In this document: piece after piece, positions 38,131 through 46,897 of the stretch
Layout: each line of letters begins with the position of its first letter
How positions within the stretch are numbered: position 1 is the first letter of the stretch
Assembly: GCA_000092065.1 (NCBI GenBank)
Contig: CP000601.1
Strand: one strand, 5' to 3'
Length of the DNA stretch: 64,000 nt
DNA from: Ostreococcus lucimarinus
Taxonomy: Eukaryota
The notes under the pieces: generated by a model
What the model was told of the DNA's origin: nothing
What the model saw: the letters and a program-made list of their open reading frames with translations, nothing else
The model's database searches: none
Program-made: the position numbers and the translations under genes

Positions 38131-38628
38131 ATGCCGTCGGGATGCGTGTACGAAATGTTTAGCGATAATGCGAAATGTAACAAAACGTACATCGGATCGA
38201 CGACGGGTTCGCTCAGAGCGCGCCTTGCCTCGCATAAATACGCACGACATCCAATCTTCACGTTTGGCGACGCGGACGTGAGAGTTCTCGAAAAGGACAT
38301 TCCAGCTGGAGAGCTCCATCAACGTAAAGGTGCCTACATGAGAGAGAAGCGTGACGGCTTATTCAACTCCCGAGCTGCTGGACGCAGCCAGAAACACGCG
38401 TGCCGCGAGAACGTGGACGAGAGTCCAGCCTACAGCAGAGCTCAATATACGCCGAAGCGGGACGGCGGCGATGGTAACTACAGACAACTCAATTATTACA
38501 AGCAGCACGCAAAAGGAATACTGCGCAAGACGTGCCTCAAGAATGCCCGAGCGCGCGGCACGCTGCCTTCGAAGCGCAGTCTCGACAAGTATCAATTTAC
38601 GGTAGATGAGTTACGCGGCTTGGCTTGA
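38131..38628 (+). CDS. GIY-YIG domain nuclease (homing-endonuclease-like), 165 aa
   Basis: ATG at 38131. N-terminal GIY-YIG motifs GCVYEMFSDNAKCNKTYIGSTTGSLRARLASHKY (GIY .. YIG-S-T .. R .. H). A basic C-terminal half follows (KRDGGDGNYRQLNYYKQHAKGILRK..). Atypical codon usage. Sits between a MITE-like element and the second 228-bp repeat. Confidence 0.7.
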   Translation: MPSGCVYEMFSDNAKCNKTYIGSTTGSLRARLASHKYARHPIFTFGDADVRVLEKDIPAGELHQRKGAYMREKRDGLFNSRAAGRSQKHACRENVDESPAYSRAQYTPKRDGGDGNYRQLNYYKQHAKGILRKTCLKNARARGTLPSKRSLDKYQFTVDELRGLA

Positions 38629-38743
38629 CCACTTCACTCACACGATTGGTTCTGGAGAAATCTTACATGCGGTACATCAACGTCGATGTGCGGTTTTATC
38701 ATGTTGGGGTGCCCCAACTCAAAAAAAAAGTTTATTTTTATTA

Positions 38744-38971
38744 CTCATAGCGATAAATTTTTTAAAGTACTATCCGTCACCCCGAAACGACGAAAGTCAC
38801 AGTGTTGTCGTGTCGCTTTTCCATCACGGACAATCGGGTATGGGAAAAAGTAAGGTTTGATGTCGACACATCTCTTCCTGCGGGTTTCGATCCCGCGGCT
38901 TCCAGATCTCTATCGGAGCAGCCGTCATATTCGACGGAGACTTTTTCCTAACAGTCTGACACTCTACCAGC
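38744..38971 (+). repeat. 228-bp dispersed repeat, copy 2 of 2
   Basis: About 98.7% identical to 32809-33036. ZDRE-type ATGTCGACAC at 38860-38869. Preceded by an A9 tract and AT-rich sequence. Ends 262 bp upstream of the ATG of the 39233 gene. Confidence 0.85.
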
Positions 38972-39232
38972 TGAGTTAAGGAAGACTGTTTATGCATACG
39001 CACAACATCGCGGACATTCGACTGCCCATGCTCTTTATTTCGAGGCTTAACTCGGCGAGGTGGACGAATAATTGGTATTATACGTCGCTCGATGGTGGGT
39101 TTGCGACAGATCTTCGCGGCTTGACGCCGTCGATCCGCGATCGCGAATGTTACAGGTTGAGGGCTCGGGCGAGGACGTCGGTGGTTTTCGCGCGTTCGTT
39201 CGTTCGTCGTCACTCCGCGGTCGAATCCATCG

Positions 39233-42200
39233 GTGGATACGATGGATTCGACGCGGTGCGCGACGTGCCGGGCCGTCGTGCGCGGCGGCGCGGCGACGTG
39301 CGCGGAATGCGGGGCGCCGCAGGGCTACGATTCGGATTCGGACGCAACGATTCGCGTCGACGATGACGATGATGACGATGATTCTTCGCACTACGCCCGG
39401 GACGCCCGGGACTCGAGCGCTTCAGACGCCGACTCGAGCACTTCCGCCTCGTCCACGACTCGGCGTCGGCGGGAAGTCGAGTCGCGCGAGCGGGAGATGG
39501 AGGAATCGCCCGAGGCGTTGAAATTGTTGTACATGCTGAGTTTGTACACCGACGCGTCTCAGAAACAGTCGAAGTCGAAGTCTGCGGTTTCCAACAACAA
39601 CAACAACAAACGTTCTCCCTGGATTCGCGAGCTGCCGCTCCTGGTGCTCGTGTACGAGGGCATCGTGCGAAACGCGGTGTTCGATTACGATTACGCGCCA
39701 AAATCAGAAAAGATATTTGGAGCGTGTCCGAGGTATTTGAACGTCTCGGAAGAGGGACGAGACGATTTAGACGATTTGCGTGAGCTTGGTTTCATCACGG
39801 CGCTCAAGGTGACGAGCGAGACGTACGATCACTCGACGTTGTTGAAGATTTCCAAGAAGGGGAGCGAATTCTTGCAGAGGATGACGGCCTCGGGACGGTT
39901 CACGAGCGCGATGCGCCAGTCGGTAGATTCGTTGGTGCACGAAGCTGGTCACCTCCTCGAGGTGCGGTACGACCGCGAGTCCTCGGATTTTTTCCTCACC
40001 GTCCCCTCGATCGGGGTCCGCATCCGCTCCACCATCACGGACGTCGAAGACGTGCCGTACGTCTCGTCTCCGTACATCCCTCCGCACATGCTGAGCTCCG
40101 ATGCGTTCACACCGAACGCGTTGAACGGGCACAAAAAGGCAAAACGCGTGCTCGGCGGCGCCGTTCAAAGTAGTCGCGATATTCGCGACCCGCGCCTGAG
40201 TGAAAGTATCTTGCTCGACTCGGTGAAAATCATCGTCACCGAATACGTGCCGATGGGATCGAACGAAATGGTTTCTTTCTGTAGAAAACTCGGCACGGGA
40301 GACCGCGTCGCGGGCGGTATGTTCACCGCGGAAGCGAGCGCGACGCAGGACGAATTCAACATGGTGGTCGGGATCAACGCCGACAATAAAACCGAGCTAA
40401 AAGTCCTCGACGTCGACGAAACGCGATTCGTAAACGTCGAGGCAGACTTGCTCGCCACCGGGGCGCCCAAGAGTAACTTGGTGCAGCAGCAAATCGAGGT
40501 TTTCGGCATCAACTTTCGGGAAAACGGCGCCATCACTTACGGCATCGTCGTCAACGGCATCGCCGATCGAATTCGAAACGATATCAGCGTCGATTTACTC
40601 GCGCGCTTACTTTCCGACGTCCACGAAGACACGAGCTCGCTGGTGGGAAATTTATTTTCCGAGCGTCAGCGCTCCATGTTGAACATCACATACAAGGGCG
40701 AGCCGGACAATCGCGACAAGTTTACGTGCATCATCGCCGAGCGCGCGACGCCAAAACTGAAAGCCGCGGCGTACATGGATGGTGAAGATAACGAAAACGA
40801 GCTCAAGCAAGTCATCGGCGCGACGTTTTACGCGTACGACCTGAACGAACAAGAAGTCATCGTCTTTGGTTCACGCGGTGTCGTCGTCTTTGGTCCGCGC
40901 ACCGAACGTCATCACAAGCTTCTCGCGACATATTCAGCGTTCCAAGCTCGCTCGTTGTTCATCAAAAGTGTCTTCAGCAGTTGTTTCGCGCTGAACGACG
41001 AGTTGAAGAAGACGCGAGCGTTGATTGAAACCTATCAGATCGATCCGACGAACGTAACGCGCATTCGTTCGCGCCTCGCCGATCACACGACGACGGTGAC
41101 GATCTTGAGCGCCACTCAGCAGTTCGTGCTCGAGTCGCTCGAAAACGTCGACACGTCTCGTGAAAAGTTGAGCGCGGATATGAGCGACGGCGCGTCGCAA
41201 GTGTTGTACGACTTGTTTCAGTTGGAACCGTCGTGGAAACGCTTGCAAAGACGCGCCGTTGACTTGGAAAAAGTCATCGCGGCGTGCGTCAACGATCTCG
41301 AGTCTCTGCGAGAAATGAACGCCGTCATCGGCTCACGAAGAAAGCTCCGCATCAACGAGGCGATAGAAGGGACGACGAAAAACTTAGAGGATGCTTTCCG
41401 AGCGCAGGCGCGCAACAGCACCACGCTCGAGGTGACGCAAGTGATTTTGTCGGGGACGCTCGCGTTTGACATTCTCGATCGATTCACGGGGCAATACCTT
41501 TCGTTCACCGAGATTCGATGGGCCGTCGAAGCGGTGCAGCCGTACATAGTGAATGTTCCCGCGGTTTGGTTCATCTTGAACATGCTCGCGTGGTCGGCGT
41601 TGGGCGGTGGAATTGTTTATTTGATGCGCTACTTGGCCTACATGCATTGCAGCGTGGAGACGAAAAAGCTCACACTCAATAAACCCATTCATTTGTCGCG
41701 ATGGCGGCGATTCATCGCGACGCGCAACGTGGAGTCGACGGCTTTTAAGGAGGAGAACAACCGTCGCGTGGTGAAATACGGCTGGACCGAGCCCATCGAC
41801 GTCAAAAAGTGGAAAGGAACGCCCCCGAAGATTAACGTCACCATCGACGAGCGATACGGTTTCATCTTGCAAGCGATGATCATCATCAATAAGCGCACGT
41901 GTACGCTCTCCGGCGATGCGGTGTGGCGTCAATTTTGGAGCGATGTTTTCGTCGCTCGCAACGTCCACGATCAAAGTCGAGAGCTGTTTGACACCGACAC
42001 CGGCGACCGTTTGCAAACGGCCGAATATTCGTCAGAAGAAGAAGACGAGACTCGCCGCGACGTCACGGCCAAGATCATCGGCATCGACAACCGAAAGTCC
42101 ACGTTAAAGTGGCGCGATGGCAGGCAAATCCTCGCGCAAGACGACACCGACGACGACATCGATTCGGACGAGGAGGCGATCGCGAAGACGGGCGATTTGA

Positions 42201-42292
42201 CGTTTGAAGGCTTCGTCGCGTCCAGGTCGTTGAAACTCGCTCGAGAGGAAGAGAAGGCTAAAAAGAAACGAGCGGCAAGGATGGAAAAGTGA
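39233..42292 (+). CDS. Large orphan protein (1019 aa) with an N-terminal CxxC..CxxC zinc ribbon, an acidic/low-complexity region and one predicted TM helix near the C-terminus
   Basis: ATG at 39233. MDTMDSTRCATCRAVVRGGAATCAECGAPQGY is zinc-ribbon-like. Poly-D and poly-N tracts. Long non-repetitive body with coiled-coil-like stretches. TM segment VPAVWFILNMLAWSALGGGIVYLMRYLAY. K/E-rich tail. Core-like G-ending codon bias. No family recognised. Confidence 0.7.
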   Translation: MDTMDSTRCATCRAVVRGGAATCAECGAPQGYDSDSDATIRVDDDDDDDDSSHYARDARDSSASDADSSTSASSTTRRRREVESREREMEESPEALKLLYMLSLYTDASQKQSKSKSAVSNNNNNKRSPWIRELPLLVLVYEGIVRNAVFDYDYAPKSEKIFGACPRYLNVSEEGRDDLDDLRELGFITALKVTSETYDHSTLLKISKKGSEFLQRMTASGRFTSAMRQSVDSLVHEAGHLLEVRYDRESSDFFLTVPSIGVRIRSTITDVEDVPYVSSPYIPPHMLSSDAFTPNALNGHKKAKRVLGGAVQSSRDIRDPRLSESILLDSVKIIVTEYVPMGSNEMVSFCRKLGTGDRVAGGMFTAEASATQDEFNMVVGINADNKTELKVLDVDETRFVNVEADLLATGAPKSNLVQQQIEVFGINFRENGAITYGIVVNGIADRIRNDISVDLLARLLSDVHEDTSSLVGNLFSERQRSMLNITYKGEPDNRDKFTCIIAERATPKLKAAAYMDGEDNENELKQVIGATFYAYDLNEQEVIVFGSRGVVVFGPRTERHHKLLATYSAFQARSLFIKSVFSSCFALNDELKKTRALIETYQIDPTNVTRIRSRLADHTTTVTILSATQQFVLESLENVDTSREKLSADMSDGASQVLYDLFQLEPSWKRLQRRAVDLEKVIAACVNDLESLREMNAVIGSRRKLRINEAIEGTTKNLEDAFRAQARNSTTLEVTQVILSGTLAFDILDRFTGQYLSFTEIRWAVEAVQPYIVNVPAVWFILNMLAWSALGGGIVYLMRYLAYMHCSVETKKLTLNKPIHLSRWRRFIATRNVESTAFKEENNRRVVKYGWTEPIDVKKWKGTPPKINVTIDERYGFILQAMIIINKRTCTLSGDAVWRQFWSDVFVARNVHDQSRELFDTDTGDRLQTAEYSSEEEDETRRDVTAKIIGIDNRKSTLKWRDGRQILAQDDTDDDIDSDEEAIAKTGDLTFEGFVASRSLKLAREEEKAKKKRAARMEK

Positions 42293-42457
42293 AAGCCGCG
42301 CGATCGCGGCCGCGGTGAAGCGAGGTAGGCCGCCCGCGTCGTCGTCGTCGTCCCTCCCGTCGGGTAGAATAGACAAATTGCTACGTCACACACAGAGAAC
42401 CGACCCAAACTTCACGTCGCGACGCGCGCGAGGCGCCCGACGTCGGCGTCGATCGCC

Positions 42458-43867
42458 ATGCGCGCCGCGTGCGTGCGCGTCGTCGTCCCGGACGTCCCGT
42501 CGTCGTCGTCGTCGTCGTCGGGCGCCGCCGTCCCGACCTGGCTCCCTCCCGGCACGGGATTCGTCTCAAAAAGCCTCAAACTCGACGTCTCTCGACCCTC
42601 CCGCGCGACGCAGTGCGAATTCTACGTCGTCGGTACCTCCCACGCGAGCGCGGCGGCGGCGGCAGACGTTCGACGGGTCATACGACGCGCGAAACCGCAG
42701 GCTGTGGTGCTCGAGCTCGACCAAGAGCGCGCCGACGCCCTCGTCGCGAGCTTCGTCGAACGCGCGCGCGTGATCGACGATTCCGAATACGGGAGCGATT
42801 TGTTGACCGGTATCATCGAATCAGAGCGCGAGGACGCGCTGACGGTGTACGGGGACGTGCGGGCGAGAGGTATAGGCGAGGCGTTGGCGGCTCGCGCGTT
42901 CGGGACGAACCCTTTCGCGATCGAACGGTGGAAAACGGTGTTGGCGTACGTGAAAAACGCGTGGGATGGTGGATCCGTGGGTGTTTCGAGCGATGGCGCG
43001 CTCGCCGCGGCGGACGTGGCGAGAGCTCTCATGGACGAGCCGAGAAATCTGACGCCGCTCGCGGGACCGGCGGCGGCGTTCGTCGCGGCGACGTTGGCGA
43101 GCTTGGCGATGCCGAACGGAGCGGAGAACGGTCTCGTGGACGCAGTCGGCGTGTTCCTTGCGCTTTTATTATTTTGCCCGCTCGTGGAGACGCTGTGGAT
43201 GGAAAGAGACGAGGTGTTGTGCGCCAACGCGTTGAACGCCGTCGACGTGTGCTCGGGCATCGCTCGAGGGCGGGTACGCCGCGTGCGATTTGGGTTTTCC
43301 ACCGATCCGTCGGCGACGAAGAAGAGCATGCAAACATTCACCCCGAGTGATGCTGGCGCGGTGCCGTGCTTCACGCTGAAACGTCCGCTGAAACGGGGCG
43401 AAACGAGAAGGCTGAACTTGTGGGAGCCGCGTTGGCTAGCGCTCATGGACTCGCTCGCGGAAGCGAATGGCGGATCCCTCGTGGGCGCCGAGCTCGGGTG
43501 TTTACTCGGGCGCGCGAGACATTACGTGAGTAGTTCTTGCTTTGAGATTCTAGGCGATGCGGCTCGACGTACTGGAACCGTGGCCGTTGAGGATTCCATG
43601 CGCCGCGCACGAGTGACGCGCGTGGTGGAGGGCGAGCGCCCGACGACAAAGGCTCGGAAATTGGAGGTTTGGATCGAAGGAATGGACGAGTGCGACGTGC
43701 ACGCGTTAGAGACACATCCGGCTGGGTATTTACTCGCGAGCGCGAGCGTCGAGGCGTCGCAAGCGCCGCGGATTGATGAAGACGACGACGAAGTCGTCAC
43801 GTGCGTCATCGTCACCGGCTTGGCGCACGCGAACGGCATCGTTCGCGGCATAGCCGAGGCGCAGTAG
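42458..43867 (+). CDS. TraB/PrgY/GumN-family protein with a C-terminal LON-substrate-binding-like (PUA-fold) region
   Basis: FYVVGTSHASAAAAADVRRVIRRAKPQAVVLELDQER matches the TraB-family N-terminal motif (..LGTAHVS..V..VI....PD.V.VELC..R). The later RLNLWEPRWLALMD resembles the LON N-domain FEPRY motif. ATG at 42458. Confidence 0.65.
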   Translation: MRAACVRVVVPDVPSSSSSSSGAAVPTWLPPGTGFVSKSLKLDVSRPSRATQCEFYVVGTSHASAAAAADVRRVIRRAKPQAVVLELDQERADALVASFVERARVIDDSEYGSDLLTGIIESEREDALTVYGDVRARGIGEALAARAFGTNPFAIERWKTVLAYVKNAWDGGSVGVSSDGALAAADVARALMDEPRNLTPLAGPAAAFVAATLASLAMPNGAENGLVDAVGVFLALLLFCPLVETLWMERDEVLCANALNAVDVCSGIARGRVRRVRFGFSTDPSATKKSMQTFTPSDAGAVPCFTLKRPLKRGETRRLNLWEPRWLALMDSLAEANGGSLVGAELGCLLGRARHYVSSSCFEILGDAARRTGTVAVEDSMRRARVTRVVEGERPTTKARKLEVWIEGMDECDVHALETHPAGYLLASASVEASQAPRIDEDDDEVVTCVIVTGLAHANGIVRGIAEAQ

Positions 43868-43923
43868 AATATTGTAGTAGTATATCACACTTAGTTTATA
43901 TGTACATTCTCTGGTGTCGTGCC

Positions 43924-45933
43924 CTACGCCGCGGCGTTCTTCATGCCTAACTTCTCAACCTTCGCCGCGACGATTTCGGCGTCGAGCGGAGACGATAAAT
44001 TACGCACGACGCTCTCGCGATCATCCGGACCTTCATCACCGCTCGAGCTCGCGGGGCTGTCTAATTCAGGAGTGTGGCACGTCCCGGGATGACCTTCTTT
44101 GGGTGTCAACGCTGTGACGGAGTGTCGAACCTTGACCAAGCGCGAGTCACACAAAAAGTGCGTCCGACACAGCTTCAACGCCTTACCCACAGAGCTCAGT
44201 TCAGCGAACTCGATGAAGGCGATGGCTTGCTTCTCGCCCTTTTCGAACGCCTTGTACCAGAATAACGCCACCTCACCGCATTCCTCCTCAAACTTGTCGC
44301 GCACGAGCGTCGGTTCGATCTCAGGGTCGATATCCGTCACGTAAACCGTGCGATCCGCCTTTTCTTGCGCTACTGGATCCAATGGCCGTGTCAGGGCGCG
44401 CTTTTTGCTGTGCGAGATCTCAACTTTGAGCTGGCAATCATCCACTTCTTTGCCGTCTAAATCCAACGCGCGCTTTACCGCTTCGTTGTCCTCAAAGTCT
44501 ATGAAAGCGTACGGAAACTTACTCTTTGGGTTGGTGAGCAACTCGACGTGTCTCACTTGTCCACATTCGGAAAACATCGCCCTGAGACTCCCTGGAGATA
44601 AAGTTTTCGGAATGTTCCTCACGTAAACTTTGCACGGCGGCGACTCCGGCGTCGTCGGTTCATCACCGATGGTCCGGGTGGACGTCGAGTACGGGTAAGG
44701 GAACGGTGGCATGGTTGCGCGCTGCGATTCGGCAGACGAGTCGCCCGAAGTCGAAGCCGCGGATCCGTGATTCGTTCGTCGATGCAAACGGAGCGGCGTC
44801 TTTGACGCACTCACGCGAATCATGCGGTTTCCAAGCTGTTCACCCGTCAAATGCAGCGCGGTTCCCACGCTTTCGAGGTCGACGAACTCTACGAAGGCTA
44901 CATTCGCCACGGCGTTGTTCTTCACTTGCAAATGCAAGCGGTTGACGGGGCCGGCGCGGTCCTCGAAAAGTAACTTCAACGCGTGCGAGTCCACGGTCTT
45001 GTCGACGTTTGCGACGTAAATTGTCCTCGCGCACGATTCAACCTCTCGTTCATTCTGCGGTAGCAGTAACGGGTTCACTGGGATCACCGCGGTGTCGCTC
45101 TTCTTCACCATGATGTTTTTCCCGTGGAGCGGCGTCTTGTCCAACAATAACGCCCGATCCACCGCCTCGGCGCACTCAAACGCCACAAAGGCGTAGCTAA
45201 ACTTGTGTGTGTTCGCATCACCGCACATGCGACAGTCTATGATGCGGCCGCACGAGGCGAAAACATCCGCTAATTCGCGTTCGCTCACGCTCGCCGGCAC
45301 ATCCTTGACGAAGACGGTGTACGGCACCGCCTTTTCGTTCGCACGTCCATCGCCGAAATATCGTCCACTGGCGCCGTAGAAGCGGCCACCGACGATACCA
45401 CCGTTCACGTGCACACCATTACGCCACTGCTCGCCGCGACCTCGGCCGCCACGACCTCCCACTCGACCGCCGCGACCTCCCGGCGATCGCCTGCCGTATC
45501 CGCGACCGCCAGGGACAAAGCCCGCGCCCATGTAAGGCGGCATCACGTACCCGTAGTGGTCGTAATGATGCGCGTTATGCATGGCTGCGTAATACTCGTG
45601 CTGCGCCGCCGTCATCGCCGCGTATGCGTACTCACCGTACGCCCCCGGCGGCGCCGGCGCGCCCATCATCATCATCGGCGGCGGCACCCCGTACGCGCCC
45701 GCCGGCGCGTACGAACCGGCCGCCATCGCGTGCGGATCGTACCCCCCGTACCCCATATCCGCCACCCCAGGCGGTGACATACCCTCCCCACCCGGCATTA
45801 AGTTCACCGGCACCACCACCGGCACCGCGAACTCGTGCTGAGACACCACCTGCAACGGCGTCCCCGCCGCCGGCACCACGCCGCCGTTCGCCATCGCCGC
45901 TCGATACCACTCCATGTACGACGGCGTCATCAT
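43924..45933 (-). CDS. Multi-RRM RNA-binding protein (four RRM domains; CID/PABP-interacting-like architecture with a Gly/Tyr/Pro/Met-rich N-region and an RGG box)
   Basis: RRMs: TVFVKDVPASVSERELADVFASCGRIIDCRMCGD..YAFVAFE; TIYVANVDKTVDSHALKLLFEDRAGPVNRLHL..VAFVEF; KVYVRNIPKTLSPGSLRAMFSECGQVRHVEL..YAFIDFE; TVYVTDIDPEIEPTLVRDKFEEECGEVAL..AIAFIEF. RGG box GGRGGRVGGRGGRGRG. The start is set at the ATG (reverse complement of 45931-45933; MMTPSYMEWY..) because codon bias collapses upstream. Confidence 0.75.
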   Translation of the reverse strand: MMTPSYMEWYRAAMANGGVVPAAGTPLQVVSQHEFAVPVVVPVNLMPGGEGMSPPGVADMGYGGYDPHAMAAGSYAPAGAYGVPPPMMMMGAPAPPGAYGEYAYAAMTAAQHEYYAAMHNAHHYDHYGYVMPPYMGAGFVPGGRGYGRRSPGGRGGRVGGRGGRGRGEQWRNGVHVNGGIVGGRFYGASGRYFGDGRANEKAVPYTVFVKDVPASVSERELADVFASCGRIIDCRMCGDANTHKFSYAFVAFECAEAVDRALLLDKTPLHGKNIMVKKSDTAVIPVNPLLLPQNEREVESCARTIYVANVDKTVDSHALKLLFEDRAGPVNRLHLQVKNNAVANVAFVEFVDLESVGTALHLTGEQLGNRMIRVSASKTPLRLHRRTNHGSAASTSGDSSAESQRATMPPFPYPYSTSTRTIGDEPTTPESPPCKVYVRNIPKTLSPGSLRAMFSECGQVRHVELLTNPKSKFPYAFIDFEDNEAVKRALDLDGKEVDDCQLKVEISHSKKRALTRPLDPVAQEKADRTVYVTDIDPEIEPTLVRDKFEEECGEVALFWYKAFEKGEKQAIAFIEFAELSSVGKALKLCRTHFLCDSRLVKVRHSVTALTPKEGHPGTCHTPELDSPASSSGDEGPDDRESVVRNLSSPLDAEIVAAKVEKLGMKNAAA

Positions 45934-46497
45934 CGGTCGTTCGCTCGACTCGTACGACGCGCTCTGCGACGTTAAAAATCCACGTTTCGCGCCTTCGTCA
46001 GTCTCTCGCGCGCCTTCACCGCGCCCCGATCGCCCTCGCGTCTTCGCGTCCTCGCGTTTAAAAAATCTTTCAAAATCACCAGCCGTTTGAAAGATCGCCC
46101 ATCTCCCGAATGTTTCCCTCCCGTCGCCATCGCATCGCCCGTTCGCGCGTCGCGCGCACCCTCGTCGGCTCTCGAGCGGTTTTCCCATCGTTCCCGTTCG
46201 CCTCGCGCGCGTCCTCGCGCGTCGTCGACGCGCGCGCCGTTCGATTCGCATTCGCTTCATTTTCATTTTTCGCATTCGCGCGCGTGACGGCGACGCCGTC
46301 GTCTCCCGCGTCGTCGTCGCCTCGCGTCGCGCGTCTCGGCGCGGGCGCGCGCGGGGACGGGCGATCGACGTCGCGCGGCGTCGGCGGCGACATCGCGCGT
46401 CTCCCGCGTCCTCGAGCGTCGCGTCGTGCCGACGCGCGCGCGCCGTCTCCGGGCGCGCGTGGCGCCCAAAGGTCACGTCGCGCGTCGAAAGTTCATG

Positions 46498-46612
46498 GCG
46501 GTTTCGCCCCGGTGAATACGACTTTGCGCGCGTCGTTCGCGTTTATGTATACATTCGGCACGCGTCGCGATCGCGGTTTCGCCCCGGTGAATACGACTTT
46601 GCGCGCGTCGTC
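46498..46612. repeat. Two 40-bp direct repeats (GCGGTTTCGCCCCGGTGAATACGACTTTGCGCGCGTCGT) 75 bp apart in the RRM-protein/CDC20 divergent intergenic region
   Basis: Copies at 46498-46537 and 46573-46612, identical except at the 3' edge. Confidence 0.6.
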
Positions 46613-46897
46613 TGCGTGTCGTGACTTAGTATCACTGTCGTCGGAAGGCGTCACACACGGATTACGACGACCGCGCGACGCGACCGCGCGACGACCGACG
46701 CACCGCGACGCGCGTCGCGCGCGACGACGACCGCTCGACCGCGCCGATCGCGAGCGGACGCGCGCTTTAACGCCGAGACGCCGAGACGCGAACCGAAAAC
46801 GCGCGCGCCGACGTCCCACGCGCGAGAAAACGGACGGGAATTGCGTCTCGGGAGCGCCGGGACGACGACGCTGATTCGCGGCGACGGCGCGCGCGGG

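Noticed and set aside
32809-38971. LTR retrotransposon (228-bp repeats as LTRs)
   Set aside because: There is no gag/pol/RT/integrase coding capacity between the repeats. The repeats lack TG..CA termini and obvious target-site duplications. The interior holds cellular-type genes (ZIP, COG0523).
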